Origin: Cyanobium sp.
GTDB taxonomy: Bacteria; Cyanobacteriota; Cyanobacteriia; PCC-6307; Cyanobiaceae
Direction of reading: 5' to 3'
DNA: 59,333 nt
Assembly (NCBI GenBank): GCA_046075745.1
Contig: JBJTQT010000131.1
Span: 1-59,333 of the forward strand
Of the stretch, positions 10,060 to 19,302 are shown in pieces. The notes under the pieces were generated by a model. It was given only the letters and a program-made list of their open reading frames with translations. It did no database searches and was not told the DNA's origin. The translations under genes and the position numbers were made by a program. Position 1 is the stretch's first letter; the number at the start of each line of letters is the position of its first letter.

Positions 10060-11517
10060 TCAGTGCACCAGGGCGGCTGGGCGCCCTGGATCGCCGTGGG
10101 CGCTCAATCTGTCCCAGAGGCTGTTCACATCCCCGGCGCCCATGGCCAGCACCAGATCGCCTGGTTTGCTGAGGGCCACCACCTGATCGGTGAGCTGGTC
10201 GAGGTTGGCGGCAGCCTGCACGGGAATGGATGGGTCGATGGCCTGCACTGCCGCCGCCAGAGCATCGCTGGAAATCCCGGGGAGGGGTGCCTCCCCGGCG
10301 CTGTAGAGGGGCGCCACGATCACCCTGTCGGCCAGGGCGAGGGCTTCCGCGAATTCGCTGAGAAACTGGGCGGTGCGGCTGTAGCGATGGGGCTGAAAGA
10401 CTGCCAGCACAGAGCGAGGCTGGGAGGGGAGCGGACTTCTCCCGCTGTCCACCATCAGTCGGGCCATCGCCAGGGTGGCGGCCACCTCGCTGGGGTGGTG
10501 GGCGTAGTCATCCACCACGATGCGCTCCTGCCAGAGCCCCCGGCAGTCGAAGCGTCGACCAGGGGCCCGCAGGTTGCCGATGGCCCGCCGGAGGTCGGCG
10601 AAGGGCACGCCCTCCCGGCGGCAGGCCGCCAGCGCGCCGACGACGTTGCTGAGGTTGTGGCGTCCGGGGAGGGGAACCTCCAGGGTGCCGATCTCTTCGC
10701 CCCGCTCGTAATAGGTCGCTGTGGTGCCGTCCCCCCGCTCGCTGGTGGCCAGGGCTGTGTAGTCGGCACTGTCGGAATCCTCGATCGACCACCAGGCATC
10801 CGCCTGGAAGTGTTCCCGCAGGATGGGGCAGTCCCGGTTGGCCAGAAGGGCGCCGCTGCCATCACTGAAACGCCTGAGGGTATCGATCAGAGTCTGCAGA
10901 TCGGGGTAATGGTCCGTGTGATCGAGCTCGATGTTGGTGAGCAGGGCCAGTGTGGGGCTGAACTTCACCAGGGAGCCGTCGGATTCGTCGGCTTCCGCCA
11001 CCAGCAGGCGCCCGGATCCCTGGCGGCCATTGCTGCCGAAGGCGGGCACGATCCCTCCGATCACGGCTGTCGGATCCTCCCCGGTGGCGTCCAGCAGGGT
11101 GGCGATCAGGGTGCTGGTGGTGGTTTTCCCGTGGCTGCCGGCCACGGCGATGGAGGATTGGGTGTTAATCAGTGCGGCCAGAACATCGGAGCGATGGCAG
11201 AGGGTGAGCCCTTGCCGGCGGGCTTCGGCCACCTCCGGATTCGTGTCCCGCACGGCTGAACTCAGCACCACCAGTGGAGCCGGTCCGCCGTCGGTCAGAA
11301 GGCTCTCAATGGTGGCCTCGCTTTGCTGTGGAAACACCCTCACCCCCAGGTCCGCCAGCCGGCTCAGAACGGCGGAGGGTTTCGGATCAGAGCCACTCAC
11401 GGCGAAGCCCCGCTCTACGAGGATTCCGGCCAGGGCCGACATGCCGATGCCACCAACCCCGATGAAGTGGAGGGGCCGATTGCGATCCAGCAGAGGGTCC
11501 AAGGGCGTCACCGACAT
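10060..11517 (-). CDS. murC: UDP-N-acetylmuramate--L-alanine ligase
   Basis: HFIGVGGIGMSALA, AGSHGKTTTS, EADESDGS, DDYAHHP, FQPHRYSRT; start set at ATG 11517. Confidence 0.95.
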   Translation of the reverse strand: MSVTPLDPLLDRNRPLHFIGVGGIGMSALAGILVERGFAVSGSDPKPSAVLSRLADLGVRVFPQQSEATIESLLTDGGPAPLVVLSSAVRDTNPEVAEARRQGLTLCHRSDVLAALINTQSSIAVAGSHGKTTTSTLIATLLDATGEDPTAVIGGIVPAFGSNGRQGSGRLLVAEADESDGSLVKFSPTLALLTNIELDHTDHYPDLQTLIDTLRRFSDGSGALLANRDCPILREHFQADAWWSIEDSDSADYTALATSERGDGTTATYYERGEEIGTLEVPLPGRHNLSNVVGALAACRREGVPFADLRRAIGNLRAPGRRFDCRGLWQERIVVDDYAHHPSEVAATLAMARLMVDSGRSPLPSQPRSVLAVFQPHRYSRTAQFLSEFAEALALADRVIVAPLYSAGEAPLPGISSDALAAAVQAIDPSIPVQAAANLDQLTDQVVALSKPGDLVLAMGAGDVNSLWDRLSAHGDPGRPAALVH

Positions 11518-11689
11518 CCAGCCGAAAATAGGGCGGAACGCTCCGGCGTGCTCCCCCTCCTCCTTTACGAGTTGCTTCGCATCGCACCCTTTCCCGGGGG
11601 GCGCTGCCATGGAGGGGACAGGGGCGAAACTGATTTCTGTATGATCGGCAGCCGAAATCCCCTTGCCAGCGGTCCTGCCGCTTCCTGCC

Positions 11690-12712
11690 ATGGCCTTGCG
11701 CGTTGCGATCAATGGATTCGGCCGGATTGGGCGCAACTTCACGCGCTGTTGGCTGAGCCGGGGTGCGAACACCGGCATCGAGCTGGTGGGCATCAATGGC
11801 TCCGGTGACACCTCCACCAATGCCCACCTGCTCAAGTACGACTCAATGCTGGGACCCCTGCGGGGCGTCGATGTCGCGACCACGGACAACTCCATCATCC
11901 TCAACGGAAAGGAGATCAAGGTCTTCTACGACCGCAATCCCGCCAACCTTCCATGGAAGGAGTGGGGCGTCGATCTGGTGATCGAATCCACCGGTGTGTT
12001 CAACGATGATGTGGGCGCCAGCAAGCATTTCGAGGCCGGTGCCAAGAAAGTGATCCTCACCGCCCCTGGCAAGGGGGCCAAGGTCGGCACATTCGTGGTG
12101 GGCGTGAATGCGGATCAATACCGCCACGAAGACTGGGACATCCTTAGCAATGCCAGCTGCACCACCAACTGCATGGCTCCGGTTGTCAAGGTGCTCGATC
12201 AGGCCTTCGGCATCGTCAAGGGCACGATGACCACCACCCACAGCTACACGGGTGACCAGCGCATCCTCGACGCTTCCCACCGCGACCTGCGCCGCGCCCG
12301 TGCCGCCGCCGTGAACATCGTGCCCACCAGCACCGGTGCTGCCAAGGCCGTTGCCCTGGTGTACCCGCCGGTGAAGGGCAAGCTGAGCGGCATCGCCCTG
12401 CGCGTTCCCACCCCCAACGTGTCGGTGGTGGACATGGTGCTGGAGCTCAGCCGCGACACCACCAAGGAGGAAGTGAACGGTGTGCTCAAGGCCGCTTCCG
12501 AGAACGGCATGAAGGGCATCATCAAGTACACCGATCTGCCCCTGGTATCGAGCGATCACGCCGGTACGGACGAGAGCACCATCGTTGATTCCGATCTCAC
12601 CCTGGTGATGGGCGGCAACATGGTGAAGGTGATCTGCTGGTACGACAACGAGTGGGGCTACAGCCAGCGCGTTGTCGATCTGGCCGAGATCGTGGCGAAG
12701 AACTGGAAGTGA
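11690..12712 (+). CDS. gap2: NAD(P)-dependent glyceraldehyde-3-phosphate dehydrogenase (Calvin-cycle type)
   Basis: [41 protein letters not shown]; TATGAT -10-like hexamer at 11640-11645. Confidence 0.95.
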   Translation: MALRVAINGFGRIGRNFTRCWLSRGANTGIELVGINGSGDTSTNAHLLKYDSMLGPLRGVDVATTDNSIILNGKEIKVFYDRNPANLPWKEWGVDLVIESTGVFNDDVGASKHFEAGAKKVILTAPGKGAKVGTFVVGVNADQYRHEDWDILSNASCTTNCMAPVVKVLDQAFGIVKGTMTTTHSYTGDQRILDASHRDLRRARAAAVNIVPTSTGAAKAVALVYPPVKGKLSGIALRVPTPNVSVVDMVLELSRDTTKEEVNGVLKAASENGMKGIIKYTDLPLVSSDHAGTDESTIVDSDLTLVMGGNMVKVICWYDNEWGYSQRVVDLAEIVAKNWK

Positions 12713-12769
12713 GGCCTGCGTTGGTTTTGGGGATGTCCCGCACTGCGTGATACCCGGACCAGCCCACGT

Positions 12770-12952
12770 CTCAATGGTTCCGGCCTGGCAACCGACAGCC
12801 TGGTCCTCTGCGATCAGCTCACCTGTCTGCTGGTGAGCCTGCTGGGGGAGCCGTTCGGGCAGCTCGAGGCAGGTTGGCTGGCTCAGCTGAGGCAGCGCGG
12901 CGCCCTGGCTCTCGGGCTGAGGCCCAGCGGCCTGCGCCCCGGCGGCGGCTGA
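12770..12952 (+). pseudogene. Start-less C-terminal fragment of a MazF/PemK-like toxin
   Basis: Manual translation LNGSGLATDSLVLCDQLTCLLVSLLGEPFGQLEAGWLAQLRQRGALALGL resembles the PemK C-terminal pattern GL..DS.vLCDQl.t.....L....G.L.......v...L..aLGL. No in-frame ATG and no N-terminal catalytic half. Confidence 0.55.
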
Positions 12953-13024
12953 CATCCCTGACCCGTGCGGCCAGCCAGCGCTGCAGCTCGGCTGGCATCA
13001 GACTGCCCCCATCGCCCCACCGCC

Positions 13025-13453
13025 ATGCCGCCCGACATTCGCTGGCAGCAGCGTTTCGCCAATTTCTGTCAGGCGCTCGATCAGCTGGAGACCTTCTTCC
13101 AGCCACCTGCGCTCAATGAGAGGGAGCGTCAGGGTCTGATCAAGGCATTTGAGTATTGCTTCGAGCTCGGCTGGAACACCCTGCGGGATCTGCTGATGGC
13201 GGAGGGCAACGCCGGCCTGATCGGTTCGCGAGACACCTTGCGGCTGGCCTTCCGGGTGGGGCTGATCGGCGATGGTGAAGGCTGGCTGGCGATGGTGCAG
13301 GACCGCAACCTCACCAGCCACACCTACAACCGCAGCACCGCTGAGCAGGTGAGCGAGCAGGTGGGGACCCGCTATCTGCCCTGTTTCCGAGAACTGCGCC
13401 AGGTGTTGAGCGAGCGCGTTCGCAACGGCCCCAGGGGGGAGGGGAATGGCTGA
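13025..13453 (+). CDS. HEPN-domain toxin (HI0074 / nucleotidyltransferase substrate-binding family)
   Basis: DIRWQQRFANF...GLIKAFEYCFELGW...DRNLTSHTY, with the RX4HXY motif intact. Confidence 0.88.
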   Translation: MPPDIRWQQRFANFCQALDQLETFFQPPALNERERQGLIKAFEYCFELGWNTLRDLLMAEGNAGLIGSRDTLRLAFRVGLIGDGEGWLAMVQDRNLTSHTYNRSTAEQVSEQVGTRYLPCFRELRQVLSERVRNGPRGEGNG

Positions 13454-13772
13454 GCCACCCGCCACCATCGCTGCGATTCCCGGTCTGCCGCCGGAGGCCT
13501 CGGCCCGGCTGCTGGCTGTGCTGAGCGCCGAGCCCGCCGTGCAGGAGGTGTGGCTCTACGGCTCCAGAGCCATGGGCCGCCACCGCTGCGGCTCCGACAT
13601 CGACCTCACCTTGGTGGCGCCTGGCCTGAGTCACCAGGCCAGGCTGCGGTTGATGGGTGCCCTCGATGATCTGTTGCTGCCCTGGAGCCTCGATCTCTCC
13701 CTGCTGCATGAGTTACCTGAACCCCTGCGTGAGCACGTGGCGCGGGTGGGGAGGCGGCTCCTACCTGGTTGA
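13446..13772 (+). CDS. Minimal nucleotidyltransferase (MNT) antitoxin
   Basis: LYGSRAMGRHRCGSDIDL = GSX10DXD; overlaps the HEPN gene by 8 nt. Confidence 0.88.
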   Translation: MAEPPATIAAIPGLPPEASARLLAVLSAEPAVQEVWLYGSRAMGRHRCGSDIDLTLVAPGLSHQARLRLMGALDDLLLPWSLDLSLLHELPEPLREHVARVGRRLLPG

Positions 13773-13854
13773 TGTTCCGGCGCACACTACGGTTGCCCGT
13801 ATTCCGGGCCGGAGCGGCATCCAAGCAGGGGCTGCGTTACCCCGGTCCTTGTCC

Positions 13855-14895
13855 TTAACCGAAGTGCTGGAAGCCGCCGATCCAGCAGGTCTCCTCTGGC
13901 CAGGGGCTGCCATCGCTCCAGCCAAGGTCTCCGGCCGGGCCCGTCTCCAACCTGCCGATCACGGTCGCTCCCGGCAGGCCCGCCAGCAGCGCCGACGCCC
14001 AGGCCGGCTCAAGGGCCAGCACCAGCTCAAAGTCCTCACCCCCGCTGAGGCACCAAGCCTCTGCCTGCGGCTGGCCCGCCATGGCCGGATCCAGCGGCAA
14101 GGCACTGTGATCAAGCCTGACGGCGCAGCCGCTGGTGCTGGCAATCGCCGCCACGGCTGCTGCCAGGCCATCGCTGCTGTCACAGCCCCCCACCCGCCAG
14201 TCCAAGCCGTTCGGGCGGCTGCTGATCAGGGCCTCCACCGCATCGAAGCGGGGCCGCGGCCGCTGGTGGGCCCCGATGGCCCGTTGCCGGAGCCTGGGCG
14301 GGAGGCTCCCCGCCGGGGCCCCTGCTGGCTCCTGCAGGAGTGCCAGCCCAAGTCGGCTCAGGCCGTGCGGCCCTGTGCACACCAGCAGGTCCCCTGGGTG
14401 TCCATCCTGTCTGCGGATCGGCCCGCCGCAAGCAGCCCCTGGCACTGGCTTCCCCAGCCTGCCAATCGCTGTCACCGCGAGCATCCGCTGCTCCCCCCCG
14501 CTGCAATCTCCCCCCAGGATCTCGCCGCCATAGGTGTGCAGGGCTTGCTGCACCCCTCCGTAGACCCCCTCCACCCACGCCCAGGGGGTCGATCCGGGAG
14601 CCACCAGGCCCACCGTGAGGCCCACCACGTCGGTGCAGCCCATGGCAGCCAGGTCGGACAGATTGGCCACAGCCGCCCGCCAGCCGGTGTCGATCGGGCT
14701 TGTGGTGCGGTCGCTGAAATGCACCCCCTCCACGAGCACATCGGTGTTGATCACCAGAGATCCCCCCACGCCGCCATCCAGCCGCAGGGGCAGGAGTGCC
14801 GCATCATCGGCGAACTGGCCCGGGGGCGCGAACGCCCCGAGCCGGCTGATCAGCTCCCATTCCCCCAGCTCGGCCAGGGTGGGCCCGTCAGCCAT
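13855..14895 (-). CDS. thiL: Thiamine-phosphate kinase
   Basis: LGEWELI, DDAA, NTDVLVEGVHF, NLSDLAAMG, GGD, DSSDGL, GGEDFELV. Confidence 0.95.
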   Translation of the reverse strand: MADGPTLAELGEWELISRLGAFAPPGQFADDAALLPLRLDGGVGGSLVINTDVLVEGVHFSDRTTSPIDTGWRAAVANLSDLAAMGCTDVVGLTVGLVAPGSTPWAWVEGVYGGVQQALHTYGGEILGGDCSGGEQRMLAVTAIGRLGKPVPGAACGGPIRRQDGHPGDLLVCTGPHGLSRLGLALLQEPAGAPAGSLPPRLRQRAIGAHQRPRPRFDAVEALISSRPNGLDWRVGGCDSSDGLAAAVAAIASTSGCAVRLDHSALPLDPAMAGQPQAEAWCLSGGEDFELVLALEPAWASALLAGLPGATVIGRLETGPAGDLGWSDGSPWPEETCWIGGFQHFG

Positions 14896-15997
14896 GGGGG
14901 CTGAGGTTGTCGGCCCCTTCGATCACCCTGGCGCTCACGATTTGATCATCCGCCGTGAGTCCGTTCAGCACATCCCTCCCCTCCACCACATAGCCGAAGG
15001 CGGCGTAGCGCCCGTCAATCAGATTGAGGCCGGCGGGAGTCAGCTCCGGTTCAGAGAGGAAGAGGAAGAACTGGGAACTGCCGTCATCCAGGGCTCCATC
15101 CGAGTGGGCCCAGCCCAGGGTGCCCTTGGCGTTGAAGGGCAACACGGGCTCGGCCTTGTAGAGGCCGAGGTCTTCAAAGGTCTGGTTGTAGTAGGGCATC
15201 ACCTGGTCGGGCACCCGGATCTCCAGGGGCACGTGCCGCTCAGTCTTGGTGGCTGGATCAATGAAGCCATCGGCGGGCCCTTCAGGATCACCGGTCTGGA
15301 GCACGTAGAAGTCTTCCGCTCGGTTGAAGGGCAGGCCTTCGTAGAAGCCCCGCTTCACGAGATCCACGAAGGCGCCGGCGGTCAGCGGGGCGTTGTAGCC
15401 ATCCACCACGGCCACCAGAGTGCCCTTATTGGTGCGGAGTTCCACCGTGGCGCGCCCCAGCAGCCTGGGCAGTTGATCGAACGCTGCGGGGATCGCAAAG
15501 GGGAATGGCCCCACGAGCAACGCCTCGGCGGAGCCGATGTCGCTCAGGGCGGAGCGCCGGGCGGTGAGAAAGCGGTCACGGTCCTGGCTTTCGGCGGCTT
15601 CCGCCAGATCCTGCAGATGGTCCCCAAGGCTGGTCAGCTGGCCCTCGGCCACGTCGCGCTGCTCCGCGGGAAAGGCCGCAAGAATTTTTTCCTTGCTGCT
15701 GGTGAGCAGCGACTGGGTGCGCCGCACCGCTGAGGTGAGAGCGTTCCAGCGCTTGGAGCGCAGGTCGTCGCTGGTGGCTTCCAGCCGGTGTTGCAAATCT
15801 TGCAGATTGGGCTGATCCATCGGCAGCGCATTGCGCAGCAAGGCCTCGGGATCGGTGACGGCATTCCCTTTCGGCAGGTAGGCCCAGGCCGGGGGTGGGG
15901 CTGCAGGCAGCAGGGTGAGCACCAAGGCCAGAAGCCCGCTGAGCACCCCCGCCAGACGCCTGGAGGGTCGATTGGGCCAGAAGGATCCAGACACCAT
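14888..15997 (-). CDS. Thylakoid cyclophilin-type peptidyl-prolyl isomerase (TLP40/CYP38-like)
   Basis: Signal peptide, LPKGNAVTDPEALLRNALP, DGYNAPLTAGAFVDLV, DDGSSQFF, DGRYAAFGYV. Confidence 0.88.
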   Translation of the reverse strand: MVSGSFWPNRPSRRLAGVLSGLLALVLTLLPAAPPPAWAYLPKGNAVTDPEALLRNALPMDQPNLQDLQHRLEATSDDLRSKRWNALTSAVRRTQSLLTSSKEKILAAFPAEQRDVAEGQLTSLGDHLQDLAEAAESQDRDRFLTARRSALSDIGSAEALLVGPFPFAIPAAFDQLPRLLGRATVELRTNKGTLVAVVDGYNAPLTAGAFVDLVKRGFYEGLPFNRAEDFYVLQTGDPEGPADGFIDPATKTERHVPLEIRVPDQVMPYYNQTFEDLGLYKAEPVLPFNAKGTLGWAHSDGALDDGSSQFFLFLSEPELTPAGLNLIDGRYAAFGYVVEGRDVLNGLTADDQIVSARVIEGADNLSPHG

Positions 15998-16081
15998 GCC
16001 TGTCCAGTTGCTGAACGGACTTTGGCACAGCTCATCCTGGGAACGGCGGCCCGTCTTCCGGCGATGGACCCGCCTGGGCAG

Positions 16082-16098
16082 GTAGCCAGACGTACAAT
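16082..16098 (+). promoter_or_regulatory. TACAAT -10 of efp overlapped by a GTA-N8-TAC (NtcA-like) palindrome
   Basis: GTAGCCAGACGTAC at 16082-16095; TACAAT at 16093-16098, 21 nt before the efp ATG. Confidence 0.45.
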
Positions 16099-16119
16099 CC
16101 GCCGAACCGTGGCGCCGCC

Positions 16120-16680
16120 ATGATTTCGAGCAACGACTTTCGTACGGGCTCCTCAATAGAGCTCGATGGTCAGGTCTGGCGCGTCGTCGAGTTTCTCCAT
16201 GTCAAGCCGGGGAAGGGATCTGCCTTCGTGCGCACCAAGCTGAAGGCGGTGCAATCCGGCAACGTGGTGGAGCGCACCTTCCGTGCCGGGGAAACCGTTC
16301 CCCAGGCACTCCTGGAGAAGGCCACCCTGCAGCACACCTATATGGAGGGCGATAGTTACGTCTTCATGGATATGGGGACATACGAGGAAACCCGTCTCAC
16401 CGCTGATCAGATCGGCTCCCAACGCAAATATCTCAAGGAGGGGATGGAGGTGATGGTTCTCACCCACAACGGCAAACCGCTTGAGGTGGAGCTGCCCAAC
16501 TCCGTGGTCCTGGAGATCACCCAAACCGATCCAGGCGTCAAAGGCGACACGGCAACGGGTGGCACCAAGCCGGCCATCCTGGAGACCGGCGCCCAGGTGA
16601 TGGTTCCCCTCTTCATCTCCATCGGCGACAAGATCAAGGTGGATACCCGTAGCGATTCCTATCTGGGTCGGGAGTCCTGA
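16120..16680 (+). CDS. efp: Elongation factor P
   Basis: [29 protein letters not shown]. Confidence 0.97.
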   Translation: MISSNDFRTGSSIELDGQVWRVVEFLHVKPGKGSAFVRTKLKAVQSGNVVERTFRAGETVPQALLEKATLQHTYMEGDSYVFMDMGTYEETRLTADQIGSQRKYLKEGMEVMVLTHNGKPLEVELPNSVVLEITQTDPGVKGDTATGGTKPAILETGAQVMVPLFISIGDKIKVDTRSDSYLGRES

Positions 16681-17153
16681 TGGCCATGCATCTCGACCAC
16701 GAGCAACTGCGCGATCTGCTGGAGCAGCTCAGCAAGAGCGATATCCAGGAGTTTCGCCTGGAAGGCGAGGATTTCCGCCTGGAAGTGCGCCGCAACCTTC
16801 CGGTGATGCCCTCGTCGCCCGCCCCCATGGTTGCGGCACCGGCTGCCCTCTCCGCTCTTCAGGAGTCGGTCGCCGCCCCACCCCCACCTCCGGCAACCGC
16901 CGCAAGCCGCAGCGATCTGCAGGCGATCACGGCTCCGATGGTCGGCACCTTCTATCGCTCCCCTGCCCCCGGGGAATCCCCATTCGTGGAACTGGGCACC
17001 CGTATCAAGGCCGGCCAGACCGTCTGCATTCTCGAGGCCATGAAGCTGATGAACGAGCTGGAGGCTGAGGTGGCCGGAGAGGTGGTGGAGATCCTGGTGG
17101 AGAACGGCACCCCTGTGGAATTCGGGCAGGTGCTGATGCGCATCCGCCCCTAG
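16680..17153 (+). CDS. accB: Acetyl-CoA carboxylase biotin carboxyl carrier protein
   Basis: APMVGTFYRSP, EAMKLMNE biotinylation motif. Confidence 0.96.
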   Translation: MAMHLDHEQLRDLLEQLSKSDIQEFRLEGEDFRLEVRRNLPVMPSSPAPMVAAPAALSALQESVAAPPPPPATAASRSDLQAITAPMVGTFYRSPAPGESPFVELGTRIKAGQTVCILEAMKLMNELEAEVAGEVVEILVENGTPVEFGQVLMRIRP

Positions 17154-17154
17154 A

Positions 17155-18180
17155 TCAACCCAGCTCCCAGGCCGTTTCCAGTGCGGCGGCCATGCTCATG
17201 CTGCGGGCGATGCCCCGCCCGGCGATCCCAAAGGCTGTGCCATGGTCTGGGGAGGTGCGCAGGAATGGCAGCCCGAGGGTGGTGTTCACGGCCCGTTCGA
17301 AGGCCAGAAGCTTCACAGGAATCAACCCCTGGTCGTGATAAAGCGCCAGAAATCCATCAGGTCCGCTCTCATTCTGCTGCCAGGCCCGGCCCGCCTCCAG
17401 CCAGCAGGTGTCCGGCGGCAGGGGGCCCTCCAGCCGCACCTCGGGATGGTTGGACTGCCAGCTCTTGAGGCAGCTCTCCAGCCAGATCTGCTCCTCCAGC
17501 CCAAGGGCGCCTGATTCCCCCGCATGGGGGTTCAGACCTGCCACCACCAGATGGGGGTGGGCATGGAAACGGCGGCAGAATGCCAGCAGGCGGTCCAGCT
17601 GCAGCGTCACCAGCTCCGGGTTTAGGGCCCCCGGCACCTGGGCCAGGGGGATGTGGGTGGTGGCCAGCAGGGTGTTGAACCGCCAGCCTCCCTGGCTCGG
17701 CCGGGCGGTGAACAGCATGGAGGCCTGCCGGATCCCGCAGAGTTCTGCCAGCCGTTCCGTCTGGCCCGGATAGGGATGGCCCGCGGCATGCCAAGCCGCC
17801 TTGGCGATCGGGGCGGTCACCAGAGCCCGCCCGGCCCCTGAATGCACGAGCTCAAAGGCCCGACTGAGCCAGGTGAAACTCGCCGCCCCGCTGGCGGCCG
17901 AGCCCACTCCGGGGGTCACCGTTGCCTCCAGGGGCGCATCCACCACCAGAAGGTCCGCCGGATCAGCCAGGGGGGCGTCACTGCAGTGCCGCAGGTTCCC
18001 ATAGGTGCGCTCCAGCCACTGCCGGCAGCCCACGATCATCACGGGCCTGCCGGCCGCCTCCGGCTGGGCCAGGGCTTTCAGCACCACTTCTGGGCCAATG
18101 CCCGCAGGGTCACCCAGGGCGATGACAAGGGGGGTGGAGCTGGGGTTCGATAGGGGAGTTCCTTGAGAAGCGGCACCCAT
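17155..18180 (-). CDS. pdxA: 4-hydroxythreonine-4-phosphate dehydrogenase
   Basis: GDPAGIGPE, TAPIAK, GLNPHAGE, YHDQGLIP, RTSPDHGTAF. Confidence 0.95.
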   Translation of the reverse strand: MGAASQGTPLSNPSSTPLVIALGDPAGIGPEVVLKALAQPEAAGRPVMIVGCRQWLERTYGNLRHCSDAPLADPADLLVVDAPLEATVTPGVGSAASGAASFTWLSRAFELVHSGAGRALVTAPIAKAAWHAAGHPYPGQTERLAELCGIRQASMLFTARPSQGGWRFNTLLATTHIPLAQVPGALNPELVTLQLDRLLAFCRRFHAHPHLVVAGLNPHAGESGALGLEEQIWLESCLKSWQSNHPEVRLEGPLPPDTCWLEAGRAWQQNESGPDGFLALYHDQGLIPVKLLAFERAVNTTLGLPFLRTSPDHGTAFGIAGRGIARSMSMAAALETAWELG

Positions 18181-18343
18181 GATCCGGTGGTTGCTGGTGG
18201 GGCTGTTGCTGCTGGGTCTTGGACGCGGTCTGCAGAAGGGCTGGCTGCAGATTGACGGGCGTCGGATGGGTCAGGATCTCAACCTGCCATTTCTTGGGGG
18301 CTCTCAGTCTGGCGCCCAGTCCGGCGCGCAGCCGTCCCGGTAG
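18179..18343 (+). CDS. Small 54-aa membrane-anchored hypothetical protein
   Basis: MIRWLLVGLLLLGLGRGLQKGWLQIDGRRMGQDLNLPFLGG...; hydrophobic N-terminus; fills the pdxA-SDR gap; below the ORF-track size cut-off. Confidence 0.6.
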   Translation: MIRWLLVGLLLLGLGRGLQKGWLQIDGRRMGQDLNLPFLGGSQSGAQSGAQPSR

Positions 18344-19167
18344 CCCTCCCGGTAACTGGGGTAGCGCAGGCGGTAGCCCAGCCGATCACGCAGCAGGCGG
18401 CTGTCGGCACGACGGTTCTCCATCCAGAAGCTACGGGCCATGGGGCTCATGCTCTCGGCAATCTCGGAGAAGCGCTCTACCGGCGGCAGCTTGCAGCCCA
18501 GAAGGTGGGCGGCATAGCCGAGGGTTTCGCTGGAGGGACAGGGCTCCCCATCTGCCAGGTTGAGAGTGGAGGGGCGATCGCCTGCCGGCAGGGCCAGGCA
18601 ATGGAGGAGGGCTCCCACGATGTCAGCCACATGAATGCGGGAGAACACCTGACCTGGCTTGTGAATGAGCCGTGCCCGCCCTTCCTTCAGGCTTGGAAAG
18701 GGACTGCGGCTGGGTCCGTAGATCGCCGGCAGGCGGAACACCTGCACCGGCAGGCCGCTTCCATGCCAGGCCTGCTCGCAGAGCAGGCGGGCCTGGCTGC
18801 GCCCAGGGGCAGGATGAGGCTGGCTGGTCTCGTCCACCCAGCGGCCGTCGTGGTTGCCGTAGACGCCGGTGGTGGAGAGCACCCCCACCCAGCTGGGGGG
18901 GACCTCCAGGCCAAGGGAGCGGAGGTGGGGGAGCGCAGGGTCCGTGCCTGTCTCGTTCGGTGGGATCGTCACCAGCACATGGGTCGTGCCGGTGAGGTCC
19001 GAAGCCCGTGGAACCACTCCTGCGGCGACATCGAATCGCAGCCAGTGCTCCGCCCCCAGCTCTGCCGGAGGGAGAGGTTGGCGGTGGGTGAGGGTCACCG
19101 GCACCCCCAGCTCTTGCAGGGCCGAAGCAAATCGCACGCCCGTGTAGCCCCCTCCGTAGATGAGCAT
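18304..19167 (-). CDS. NAD-dependent epimerase/dehydratase (atypical SDR, YeeZ-like)
   Basis: MLIYGGGYTG Rossmann start, LSTTGVYG, RLPAIYGP, FSRIHVADI, YPSYREG; start set at ATG 19167. Confidence 0.85.
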   Translation of the reverse strand: MLIYGGGYTGVRFASALQELGVPVTLTHRQPLPPAELGAEHWLRFDVAAGVVPRASDLTGTTHVLVTIPPNETGTDPALPHLRSLGLEVPPSWVGVLSTTGVYGNHDGRWVDETSQPHPAPGRSQARLLCEQAWHGSGLPVQVFRLPAIYGPSRSPFPSLKEGRARLIHKPGQVFSRIHVADIVGALLHCLALPAGDRPSTLNLADGEPCPSSETLGYAAHLLGCKLPPVERFSEIAESMSPMARSFWMENRRADSRLLRDRLGYRLRYPSYREGYRDGCAPDWAPD

Positions 19168-19186
19168 CCGGCCGATGGCCGCCCCA

Positions 19187-19221
19187 TTGACACGTTCCAT
19201 CACCCGCAGTACACTTGTACT
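19187..19221 (+). promoter_or_regulatory. Sigma70-type promoter (TTGACA-17nt-TACACT) with an overlapping LexA box AGTACACTTGTACT
   Basis: TTGACA 19187-19192, TACACT 19210-19215; palindrome AGTACA-CT-TGTACT 19208-19221 fits the cyanobacterial LexA consensus RGTACNNNDGTWCB / AGTACWNWTGTACT. Confidence 0.75.
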
Positions 19222-19302
19222 ATCAAGCGGGCCACTCGTTCCATCGCTTGTCTTTCCCCTCACCATCTTTTCCATTGCTGTCGTTTCTTCCGGCGTTGCT
19301 CC

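Noticed and set aside
12710-12952. MazF-like fragment is in frame with the gap2 stop codon (read-through fusion?)
   Set aside because: One-in-three chance coincidence; no recoding signal seen, and the fragment lacks the catalytic half.
18574-18581. HIP1 octamer GCGATCGC (also 30541 and 48733)
   Set aside because: I noticed only a few copies in 59 kb of high-GC DNA; enrichment cannot be shown without counting.
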